Shown here: one piece after another, positions 1-12,040 of the stretch
Layout: each line of letters begins with the position of its first letter
Numbering within the stretch: the first letter of the stretch is position 1
NCBI GenBank assembly: GCA_964016885.1
Contig: OZ024741.1
Location: forward strand, 141,670,001-141,734,000
Direction: 5' to 3'
Length of the DNA: 64,000 nt
Source: Eledone cirrhosa
Lineage: Eukaryota
Made by a program: the position numbers and the translations under genes
Notes under the pieces: generated by a model
Seen by the model: only the letters and a program-made list of their open reading frames with translations
Told to the model about the DNA's origin: nothing
Database searches by the model: none

Positions 1-339
1 ACCTAAGGCTTTTGCAATTACCAACCGAATTTGACCAAATTTTCTGTGCACGTTGCACAGGTCGCTAAGATGCTCACATCACAAAATTTACAATCGACCC
101 ACGTTGAGCAATAAAAAATCGATATCAAAATTATCGGTAGCAAAATTGATGTAAGGGAGATAACCAACTTTATTGACAATCCTTATTAAAAAAAGGGAGA
201 TAACCAACTTTATTGACAATCCTTATAAAGAGACTGCTTATTTTGACAGGTTGGCGACAAATAATGTTCTTCTTTTACTTCCTAGCTGTATATTCTTAGC
301 ATAATTTCAAACCCCGAGCAACGCCGGGTAAATCTGCTA

Positions 340-340
<1 letters not shown>
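1..340 (+). mobile_element. Non-autonomous Helitron, 3' part
   Basis: Ends in subterminal hairpin CCCG-AGCAACGC-CGGG then CTAG|T, abutting (TA)n. The same terminus occurs at 15990 (-) and 48597 (+). Confidence 0.75.
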
Positions 341-407
<67 letters not shown>

Positions 408-467
408 GTATGTATAATTAAGTCAAATATGTAAAATTTGGCTTCGTTTATTATAAATTATAGATAT

Positions 468-522
468 ACTGCTATTTATATTTCGGTGACAGCCATTATT
501 GGCTGTGACCTCTTCAGGCAGT
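468..522 (-). ncRNA. Type I hammerhead ribozyme (minimal stem III)
   Basis: Minus strand: ACTGC-CTGAAGA-GGTCACAGCCA ataa TGGCTGTCACC-GAAA-TATAAATA-GCAGT. Perfect 5-bp stem I, ~11-bp stem II, AUA cleavage triplet. Confidence 0.85.
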
Positions 523-996
523 CCGAATTGGTGTGGGAAAGAGAGATACACATGTTGTTGAAGTGTGTTTTACTCCGTCAGTTCATCGATATGTCCAGCT
601 CCTGGTTGTGTTGTTATTCAAAAAACATAACCAGGAGCTGGACAACCACCATAATAACAATAATAGCAACACACACAACTATGACGATAGATATAATGAC
701 AACCCCTTAGAGAAACTATTCTTCAACCCAGCTGACAAAACATATAAGATGGGTAACATCTATCCTACGAGGTTACCCTTTAATAAAAGAGTTTGCATAC
801 CACAACAAATAGATGACAAGACAGAGGCACAGTTCACCATAGCTAGAAATAAGATTAGACAAATAGTAGACCGGTATACTAAGATACAAAGCAGACCAGA
901 AGCCCAACAACTTGGGAGGAAACCTGTAGAAGGCTTGCTTAGCCTCACGCAACGCACAAGGGATGGTGAGGTAGTACCACTGATAAGTCTGGTAGG

Positions 997-2485
997 ATGT
1001 CAATAGACAGCATACCGAACTACATCAAGGCTATGCAACACCACATCACCAACACGAGCCAAATTGCACAGCAAATACATGATGGGAGAGAGAAAATCCT
1101 CAACACTCACATGATGATGTGGACCGACATCCTAAAGCCAAGCAGACGCACTGCCAACAACTTCCAGGCGTCTAACAATGGCATGCCACCCTTGTATGGG
1201 CTCCGCAAAGACCACAAGACAGTCGATGAGCCGACAACAGGACCACCAACAAGACCCGTATGCGAAGCAAATATAGCTAGCAACTATAGGATCTCCTACT
1301 TCTTCTCAATGGTTATACACCCCATAATCATGATGTCCCCAGATGTATGTGACAGTACAGAGGACATCCTCAGCAGAATCAGTGAGTGCAACAAAAACAG
1401 GAACCTATACAACTGCATAATAGGCAGCATGGATGTGGTATCACTGTACCCATCCATTAACATTGATTTTGCTGTGGAAAAATGTGTGGAGATGATCATT
1501 GAGAGTGAGGTGGAGTTCTGCGACGTCGACACAGACGAACTGGGCCTCCTACTTAGACTTACCTACGACACTGACTACCTAGACAGACATGACCTTAGAC
1601 GTTTCTGCCCCAGTAGACCCATAAGAGGTAGACCCCCCACCATAACCTCAATGGCTAAAAAGACTCCCATGGGAAGGTGGATTGGGTGGACCAAAGCTAT
1701 ACGGACCCCCCAAAACAATGATGATCAGGTAAGAAAGATGGTCGCACATGCAATAGGGGCTAGTATCAAAACTACCCTAAAGGGCCACATATTCAAGTTC
1801 AACGAAAAGATCTACACCCAAAATGAGGGAGCAGCCATTGGCGTCAGCATAGCTGGTGACGTTGCCAACCTTTTTATGGTATGGTGGGAAAGGAGACCTA
1901 AAGATCTCTTTGATGAGAGCTCCATAGACCTCATCATGTATTCTCGTTACGTAGACGATATCAATATAGTTATAAGAACATCCTCACAAGTTTAATTTAG
2001 AACGTAACACAATGGAAAGCATCTAGCAGATAGCTAATTCCATACACCAGAGTATAACTGTAACTATCGACTACCCTTCCAAACACCCTAACAATAGACT
2101 ACCTGTATTATACACGGAACTCTGGATTAACACTATAGACGAGAGAGCCCAAATTCTCCACTTACACTATGCTAAAGCCATGGCCTCCAAATACATGAAA
2201 CTCAAAAACTCAGCAATGTCCAGTAGTGCTAAGTTTAATATTCTGATCGCAGACTTGGTACGAATGATGAAGAACGTGTCCCGCATGTGCGACCCAACAG
2301 AAATGGAAAGACACATCCAACACTTCATCAACCGCATGCAGTTCTCTGGCTACAACCAAATAGACAGAATCAGAGTATACGAAGGAGCCACGGAGAAGTA
2401 TAAGACCCTCATAGAACTGGACATGAAAGGAATTTTCCCATTATACAAGAGCAAATCATGGAATAGCTTAGATAGGGCGTGCTAA
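997..2485 (+). pseudogene. PLE reverse transcriptase/thumb, disrupted by stop and frameshifts
   Basis: ORFs 997-1995 and 2180-2485 with PLE RT motifs; YVDD present. Confidence 0.88.
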
Positions 2486-2540
2486 ACATAAGATAGGTAA
2501 AGCCACCTCATGGTACGACAACCAGAGATACCAGAGTGTC

Positions 2541-3095
2541 ATGTTTGTGGACGTTACCTCTGGAGAGAAATTAGCTAACCAATGTAGAAAGGCCCTGAGA
2601 AAGACCCACTTAAATATTAAGGTGGTAGAAAAGCCAGGAACCACCATAAAATCCCTGATCAGCAAAACCTACCCTTTTAAGAAAACCCACTGTACTAATA
2701 GGAAATGTATCATATGTAAGGTAAACCCCCGGATAAACTGTAAAACTAGAAACGTAGTCTATAGCATAAGATGTACAGAGGGTACCTGCAGAAACATGAC
2801 AACAACATACATAGGCGAGACAGCTCGTAGCATAGGTGAAAGGATAGACCAACACTGGGGGGAACTGAAAGGACGAAAAAACGGTTCAGTACTATACGAA
2901 CATGCCAGACAACAACACGACGGTAACATAGACAACATAGAAATTAGAATAATATCTAAACATAGAAATGACCCAGCAGATAGGCAAATCAGAGAGGCTA
3001 GTGAAATAGAACTTAGAAGGCCAAGGCTAAACAGAAAAAATGAATGGAATAACAACAACACCCAAACAAACAACACTGACCTAAGAGAAGTATAA
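2541..3095 (+). pseudogene. PLE GIY-YIG endonuclease domain
   Basis: C-rich linker, then NVVYSIRC...YIGETARSIGERIDQH...REA..I....P.LN. Confidence 0.9.
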
Positions 3096-3326
3096 ATAAA
3101 TAGATAAATAAATAAATACATACACAAGCACAATAACAACAAACACATATAAACCCACACATACATTAACCAATACACAGTCACCCAAACACGAACACAC
3201 ATCAAACAAAACACTATACACACACGCAAACGCATGCGCAAAGAAGACAAAAAAAATAAACAAATAAATAAACAGACTAAATAAAGATGGCGTAGAAAAT
3301 ACAATGCAACGGGAGGAAACAATAGC

Positions 3327-3368
3327 ACCACTGACGATGTTGCAGATGTGCAACGAAAGAACTTTGAT
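3327..3368 (+). ncRNA. Minimal hammerhead ribozyme in PLE-1 3' pLTR
   Basis: CTGACGA-T-GTTGCA gatg TGCAAC-GAAA-GAACTT-TGAT. Equivalent motif at 33535 in the sister copy, with a different but still pairing stem II. Confidence 0.8.
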
Positions 3369-3599
3369 AGACTATATATATGTGGTTGTGTCTATATTGT
3401 ATCTGTATTTTTGACCGTTGGTCAGTCAATGGCAACATTGAGGACCGAATAAATAAAATTTAACCGATATAAAAGACACAGAAGTGAAAAGCGAAAACCA
3501 ACCAAACAGTGAGTGTGTTCTGTTATTAATTCTGGCAATATTACACAAATATGACCCTCCCCAAGTATAACAATATATATATAATATATATATATATAT

Positions 3600-3677
3600 A
3601 ATAAAGTTAAATAAAAGTCAAATGATTAAAATTTAGCTTCGTTTATTTTAATCATTTGACTTTTATTTAACTTTATT
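3600..3677. repeat. Perfect 33-bp-arm inverted repeat (fold-back)
   Basis: 3600-3632 is the exact reverse complement of 3645-3677; 12-nt loop. Confidence 0.95.
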
Positions 3678-3770
3678 TTACACTACTCCGGAGTAACCAA
3701 ACCAACCTGCGCACTTCGTCGAGTGCTCCATCCTGCATACTGAGGTGTTGGTATACAACCAACATAAACT

Positions 3771-3840
<70 letters not shown>

Positions 3841-5378
3841 TATAGTATATATACGTATATACGTACCAATAACCATTTCATAAATCATAATGTATCTTAC
3901 GTTTATTTTTCGAGTCAAATATTAAAGTATTATACTTTCTGAAAATATTTTCTTGGCTGAAATCTTTTTAATCAGTTTCTGAAAACACTTCTAAAGTTGT
4001 TTTTTTAATGAACAACATTATCTATAGTAATCAATATAGTTTTTTAGATATTGTAAAATTCTAATTTCAAAATATCATTTATAGTATAAATTCTAACCGA
4101 TATCAGTATTAATTATTGGGACAGTAATTTTCTACATTACATAATTGTTGACTTGGTGTATGCCTCAACTCTCCAGATAAGAAACGTCGCTTGTCTATTT
4201 TTATTATTCACTGTTCTCTTTTCCAATCAATGTCTTTCTTTTGAAAAAAAAATTTTTAAATGCTATACTTTTTTCTCAGTTAACATACAATAGTTTAATG
4301 GTGAGTTTTCAAACATAAAACTAATCTATGTCATTTTATTCTTTGAACAAATCATTCTATCTGAATTCAATAACATATTCAAAAATTGCAATTAATGACG
4401 ACTTTGGAATAATAGATAAACAATCAATACTTTTCATGGCAGAGTTTATTTTAAAATAATAGAGGTAAACTTGCATTCATTTTGTGTTCTTTTTTATTTG
4501 TTTGTTGTTGTTTTTGTCAGTTTCCTTTACATTAGTAGAATTTCAAATATAGAAAATTAAAATCATCGTTAATGCCTTGAGGAGAAATAACGTTTTACTT
4601 AAGTTTTTATTTTGTTTTCTTCCTATTTTTTTCGGGCAATAAAGGATTATTACTGTTGAAACATAATTTATAGTATGTTCAGTTAAGAACGATGCAAGCA
4701 TAAAGCCAATAGATTGGATCTGGTGAGCAAAATACTGATGAAGCTATTAATTGTTAAAAGGATTTTTTTCCGAAACAATGAAATTGATTAGCATGGGAAC
4801 TTATATATTTATAACATATTACAACGTTAACATATTTTTAATCTAAGGATTCTTCAAATACATATATATTCTAACGGAAATTCACGTTAATAGTATGAGT
4901 ATAATATGTTTATATCATATACATAAGTATATATGTATCTGTGTGGATATATATATATATATATCTGTGTGTGTATGTGTGTGTGTGTACAGGTTAACCA
5001 TGAGAATGTTTGTATCATATGGCATTAGTTTCAAGTGAGATATCTAATTGCTTCGATGTGATTTCAAAATACTGTCGTGACCTAGTTGTTATTTGTACTT
5101 GTTTTTTATAAACAATTCACCATTTAAGGGTGCCCTCCAGATACATGTATCTTGACCATTTTAACCCTGGGGAGCCAATCCCTCTCCAGGCCCAAGTACA
5201 GCCGATTTCTTCCAGAAGAAGAAGAAGAAGGAAATACGGGACTGGTACGTTATTTATAGATGCGAGAAGGATGAAAAGCAAAGTTGACCTCGGCGGTGTG
5301 TGAACTTAGACCACAGTGAGCCGGAACAAATAACGAGGCATTTTAAAACCAAAACCGTAATATATCTGTCAGTTCACT

Positions 5379-5560
5379 GAATTGGCAGTATCGGTAGAGG
5401 GTCAGACATGCTTTCCAGCATAGTTACGTCCCTTTACGATCTGAGTTCAAATCCCGCGGAGGTTAACTTTGCCTTTCATCCTTACGAGGTCGATAAAATA
5501 AAGTACCAGTAATGTACTGGGTATTGCTGGCCTTGTGCCAAAAGTAGAAACAATTATAAT
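5379..5560 (+). mobile_element. tRNA-derived SINE
   Basis: A-box TGGCAGTATCGG, B-box GTTCAAATCC, core AACTTTGCCTTTCATCC...GTCGATAAAATAAAGTACCAG (Meta-domain-like), tail GTAGAAACAATTAT. Many copies in the window. Confidence 0.8.
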
Positions 5561-6712
5561 TTACTTCTCTGAAGAACATCACACATTTTACGGAAACTGA
5601 TAACAATCTCTTTGCAGACTCAAAGATGCTATTCGTGTATATCATCATAATTTTTACTATCTGCCTCATATGTTCCTCGTTCTGAAACTTGCGATTTCAT
5701 ATTTAAAACGCACACTCTTAAAACGTCTCACGGTTATAATGATTGGTGTCCATATATATTATAGGATAACGATCAGTATTTTGAAATCTATTATCTGACG
5801 TTTGTGATAAATCAATATCGACTATAAATTTCAATTCTTGCAACGTTCATAGACCTGCAAGCCAGTGCTCAAGATTAACTTCTAACTATCTGATAAAGGT
5901 CTCTTTTGGCTAGCAACCTTTATTTTACGAGTTAGTCCCCCTCCACATACAAGTTATAGTAGAGGTAGATATATATTGCCTGCTCTTTAAAACCTATATT
6001 GACTTTATATAAAATCTTAATACAATCGATATACCGTTTCTTGCAAAGAGCGCACAATTAGATCTACTATGTCTGTACTTCTATACCATAAATCGATGCT
6101 TTATCACATAAATACACAGAAATGTTTTCTACATACTAGTTTCGAAAATTCATTACATCCATTATTAAACTTCTCTCCTCTGTGTTTTTTCTGACTTCAA
6201 AGAGCCTGGAAAGTTCCATAACGAACAGCCCGTCTTGATTTAGTTTATATTAATATTGGGATATTTACTCAGCTATGAAATCCCCAATACTTGCGCGTTA
6301 AAATCGTTTCAGCACCACCTCATATATATATATATATATATATATTCAATGCAGATGATATATTTTCTGTAATCGACTGCTGAAAATCACAGCTGACCTC
6401 CATTTGAGATCAAGTATTGCAGCTCAATTTCAAGCCGAATATTTAAATAAGTGAAATATATTCCAGCATATTATATATTCCAGAGACAATAAATGTTTTT
6501 CATGAGTGGCTAGCGTTGCCAGGCTCCTTCTTGCTACAACTCATGTTTTCTAACTGAATGGATTAGAGCAACGTAAAGAGTGTTTTGTTCAAAGATACAA
6601 CATAACTCCGGATATCGATCTCATAACCTTACAATCATGAGCCAAACACCTTAACCACTAAACCAGCCGCCTTCACGACATAACTTTTGATGTTAATTTT
6701 AATGTAAGGTTG

Positions 6713-6930
6713 GTGGGTTAACAGAATTTATAAAGCCTCTGATAAAATGTCATTGCGTTATTTGTTCCTGTTGTTTGCATTCTGAGTTCAAATCCCACCC
6801 TGATCAACTTTCCCTTCCATCATTCCGGGGTCGATGAAATAAAGTGCTGTTAATTACTGGGAGTGATTTTATACACTTTCCCTTTCCTCAAAATTTGTTT
6901 GCCGTGTGCCAAAATCTGAAATCACTATTA
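6713..6930 (+). mobile_element. tRNA-derived SINE, diverged
   Basis: B-box GAGTTCAAATCCC plus the same core. Confidence 0.65.
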
Positions 6931-8339
6931 AAATTAATGTACTGACACATCACTTGGTTCTTCTAATGCTATAATTATTTTCTCTATAACGTAATACTAT
7001 AGACACTTAGACTACTATAAATTGTAGTGATTACTATTACTATATATTACTGGTGCGTTAAAATGTGTTGTTTCATTTCTATACTGTATTACAGATTATA
7101 GAGGTGGTTAACACAAGCCGCATATAATAATCGAGAATGTGTTATATACAGATAATGTGTTTACATCTGTCTATTATAGATATATTTTGTAGTACGATAT
7201 GGAAACAATATTGCTAAAGTAACAAATATTTATTAATCAAGCCAGACGTCAAACGTGACTACTGGCTTGAGATAGACTTTCACCTTTAGAATTGATAATA
7301 GTGGGTTTATATGTGTCTACATGGACACTTATAGATGGTGCTCAGTTAGTGATGTAATCCCAGCACGAGAGAGAACTAATCCAGCTGATCATTCCTAGAT
7401 TCTTTAGGCTTTAACTAAATTCACAGTATACACACACAAACATACATATATATATATATATGCACTTAAATGAATGTGCATAGCTGACTGACATACATAC
7501 AATACATACATATACACATGTACATACATATATAGAAGGAGAGAAAGAGAGGGGAGGAAAGAAGAGTAGATAGTTTGCAGGTCTCCGCTACGTGTGTAAT
7601 GTATTGCATCACAAACTTGAGAAATATCACTAGAATCTCTAACATATATTCAATTTGAAAAGGTAACGGGGCTGAGCTAAAGTTAAATAAATATTTAAAA
7701 GAAATACGATACACTGTCCAGATGAACGCTTAATGGTTTCTAAATATGAAGTGCTTTTAATCTGAACAGATTTCACCGTCACTTGCAGCCGTTTATTAGA
7801 GAATATCATCTCATCTAAAATTGTATCATTGTTCCGAAACTCTGGACACTGATATTCCCATTCATTCTCCTCAAGGTTATTCACTTGATCTTATATACTA
7901 TATTTAATGTTATCGTATTTATTCACTTTTATTAAGTGCTTTTTGGTTATTGCTACATTAGTACAAGCGAAGTGTTATATACTTATACTTATTGGCTTTT
8001 TCGCTTTCTCTTGTTGGTTTCCTAACTACTCCGGTTTCGACGCAGCTCGCTTTCCAAATCAGGTTTATAACGGCTTCATTTCCATTGAATTAAATTGCAT
8101 TTGTTTAAATAGAAAACATTATATTTCAAAGTGATTAAAAATCTGTCTGCTTTCCTCTCGTCAATGTTGTTGGTGTTGTTTTTGTAGTTTTGCCTGGTTT
8201 AATTTTGTTTCATTTTCTTTTAATAATACATTTGCGATTTCTATTTATATAATCTCAGAAGTGCCTGAGTCAGGAATGACGTTTGCTTGCAAGTAATGAA
8301 GTATGAGCATGATTACGGGCATATATATGTGTGTACGGT

Positions 8340-8350
8340 AACACACAGAG

Positions 8351-8412
<62 letters not shown>

Positions 8413-8558
8413 GTGTGTGTGTGTGTGTGTCTGTGTGTCTCTGTGTTACCGTACACACATATATATATATATGTCTATCTATATACATATATAATTATAT
8501 TTACATGTATATATATATATATGTGTGTGTCTGTGTGTGTACATACACAGTGTATATG

Positions 8559-8589
<31 letters not shown>

Positions 8590-8967
8590 TGTGTATCTAT
8601 GTAGGCTTGTGATAATTCTAAATGCATCTCGAAGACCGCCTGCATATTTTGTACTGCATCATAGCAAGAAGCATTGTTCTTTTTGTTCTACCTTAGATTA
8701 CACACACACACATACATACACATACATTTATATATATATATCTATAATTATAAGCACATATATACATGCATATATATACATATACATGCATATATATATA
8801 CATATATGTATATATACATACGTAAATATATACATACATATACACATTTTTTCATATATATACATGTATATATATATACATATATATATATTATCATATA
8901 TATATATGTATATATATTGATATATACATATATATATATTAACATATGTATACATATATATTATTAT

Positions 8968-9053
<86 letters not shown>

Positions 9054-9120
9054 AGATATATACACACACAAGCACACGCACACTCATGTGTGCGTGTGCT
9101 TGTGTGTTCGTGTTTGCGTC
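8340..9120. repeat. Compound (TA)n/(TG)n/(CA)n/(GA)n microsatellite field
   Basis: Directly visible. Confidence 0.95.
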
Positions 9121-9517
9121 TAATACATTAATACAAATTAATGAAAATAATGTTGGAATCTGTGTACATTGTGAAATTTCCGCTTTAAAAATTCATTTTC
9201 TCGTAATTTATCAAATAAAAGATTAATGTAGTCGGAGTACCCCTTGTGATCGATAGTGCCCTCTCTGATCGATACATCGAACGTCATTCGAAATGAATAA
9301 CCGCTTAATTACTTAAGTAAATGCATATTGTCTTGTCTTCTGCAACGAAGTCCACGGCAACATCAGCAAATAGATTGCTGATGTTTTTGGTTGTATTTTT
9401 GCTGATAGTGATTTTATTGTTAGAGTAATTGTCGATGTTCTTCTTATTGTTGTTGTTTCCATTTGTGCATATTTTGATTTTATGATGTGCGTCTGCTTAT
9501 GTTATATATATATGTAC

Positions 9518-9852
<335 letters not shown>

Positions 9853-9961
9853 TTTGTATTGTATAGTATATTTGGCAATATACCGTATGTTTAATTAAAA
9901 ACATTTCGATGACCAGACGCTATCGGTTTTAAAGTAGTGACTATGTCACTTACTTCTTTTC

Positions 9962-10040
9962 GGCGAAAGAAGAGAGAGAACCTAACAGTCTGTTTCACGC
10001 TGTTTGGCGATCATCAGAGCCACGCACTCCCTCTTCCGCC
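9962..10040 (-). ncRNA. Type I hammerhead ribozyme, solo
   Basis: Minus: GGCGGAAGAGGGAG..GCT-CTGATGA-TCGC caaaca GCGT-GAAA-CAG a CTGTT-AGG..CTCTCTCTTCTTTCGCC. Distal stem I pairs; proximal stem I is imperfect. Confidence 0.7.
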
Positions 10041-10284
10041 GAAAATTATAGAATCTGGATTCTTATAGAATTCCAGTAATAATCAGGCTCCTGATTATAC
10101 AGAGCGATTGCCAACATAAGAGCAAGAATGAAGTGTTCATTCTTCTGACATGGCTATAAAATTGAGGCTTGTTTGCAAAATTGCAAACGAATCTAATGTT
10201 ATTATTAATATTCGAAAAACTCAGATTATATATATATATATATATATACTAGTGTGTGTGTGTGTCTCATATATGCATTATGTG

Positions 10285-10357
<73 letters not shown>

Positions 10358-10593
10358 ATATATATAGAGAGAGAGAGAGATGTTTGTGTATTACATGCAT
10401 ATGCATATATAGATATATATACACACATTATGTATATATGTATGTGTATTATATGCATATATATATGCATGTATGTGCGTTTTCGTTTGTGTGTGCGTCT
10501 GTATAATCAAATATAAATTATACACATGAGTATTAATATATGCATTTATAGACTCATTTTAGTCCTATTGTTATTATATATATATATATATAA

Positions 10594-10787
10594 AGGGCGG
10601 TGGATTGGCAGTATCGGTAGAGGGTCGGACGCCATGCTTTCCAGCATAGTTAAGTCCCTTTACGGTCTGAATTCAAATCCCGCCGAGGTTAACTTTGCCT
10701 TTCATCCTTACGGGGTCGATAAAATAAAGTACCAGTAATGCACTGGGTAATTGCTGGCCTTGTGCCAAAAGTAGAAACAGTTATTAT
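10594..10787 (+). mobile_element. tRNA-derived SINE, near full length
   Basis: Same family as 5379-5560. Confidence 0.85.
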
Positions 10788-11269
10788 AAATATATATATA
10801 CACTTATGGGACTTATGGTTGGATGGGTGTACGAATGAGCGTATGCATAATACAATGCACAAGTTTTATAATCAATTGCGTTTTTAAATACACAAATATT
10901 GTTAGAAATGTGCATGTGTGTGTGTATGTGTACGTGTACTTAAATCAGTTGAACGGGTAGAGGTATCGGATAAAATGCCTAGTGGTATTTATTCGGACTC
11001 CATGTACTCTCTATTGAAATGCCAATACATGAAGAACATGTACAGATGACATACTTTCCAGCGACGAATTGGAGTCGTTAGGGCGCCGGTACTTGTTCCG
11101 GCTCTCTAAGGTCTGAGTTCACATCCTACCCAGGTAAACTTTGCTTTTCTTTATTTTAGGCTTGTAAATAATGTACCATTTCAGGGGCAAACTCTTAGAG
11201 TCAGACAGGGTACCCCACGTTATCTGATCTGATCTCTCTCTCTATATATATGTATATATATATATATAT

Positions 11270-11702
11270 AGGGCGGGTAAAATTCTCGAAATCCATGGAC
11301 GAGTTCTCTCCAGCGGTCTCTGTCCTTCATTATCGGTGCCATGTCCTGCGTCTCCAAGAGACCAGTGTCTGTCCTTAGGGCATCAACATATGTTAACTTC
11401 GGTCTTACTCTTCCAGTGTGTCCATGCAGGGGATCCCACAGGAGTACTGAGTGCAGTGTCAACTCTGGATGTCAGTGAGCATGTCCAGCTAACCTCAGTC
11501 TGTATTTGGGAGCAAAGATTGGGAATATGGAAGATGATGTGGTCGAGAGGAAGAGCAAAGCCTAGGCGGCGTGCCACAGCTTGAGATCAGTGTGGAAGTC
11601 GGACCTTCGTAAAGACCTGAAGATCCGCCTCTTCGTTGCTGTAGTGGAGTCTGTGCTGCTGTACGGGTCTGAGACTTGGACACTGACCAAGAAACTCACT
11701 CA
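11270..11702. mobile_element. RTE-clade LINE 3' fragment with inverted 5' segment
   Basis: Minus 11501->11270: RLRLAGH..HPEL..VLLWDP..RPKLTY..DRDRWR. Plus 11502->11702: YLGAKIG..KIRLF..VESVLLYGSETWTLTK. Flanked by (TA)n. Confidence 0.8.
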
Positions 11703-11709
11703 GATATAT

Positions 11710-11770
<61 letters not shown>

Positions 11771-11773
<3 letters not shown>

Positions 11774-12007
11774 TGAAGCATGGAACAAACTACCTGTATC
11801 AGCTGCCGAGGCACTGCAGCCTTTAAAACCTCCATGTTTCCTGAAATTCGGCAACACTACACTTGATATCCCCGTCTATATACACGCAAACATGTATATC
11901 AATACTAATACACAGTTCATTTTCCTGACATTTGTACATTATTCTATGTAATATATATGCACTTTTGATGAGTTGTGGTGCACCTGAACACTGTACACAG
12001 TAATTCC
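11771..12007 (+). mobile_element. CR1-like LINE 3' end with (TTA)n tail
   Basis: AEAWNKLP motif typical of the CR1 ORF2 C-terminus, then a short UTR and ATT repeat. Confidence 0.55.
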
Positions 12008-12040
12008 ATTATTATTATTATTATTATTATTGTTGTTATT

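Larger units (their letters stand above)
600..3576 (+). mobile_element. Penelope-like retroelement (PLE-1), 5'-truncated, decayed
   Basis: RT (LYGLRKDHK, SMDVVSLYPS, QNEGAAIG, YSRYVDD) and thumb fragments, then GIY-YIG. 3' UTR carries an HHR and ends CCCTCCCCAAGTATAACAATAT + (TA)n. 5' boundary is approximate. Confidence 0.9.

Noticed and set aside
10594-10690. tRNA gene call from A/B boxes
   Set aside because: No cloverleaf; these are SINE heads.
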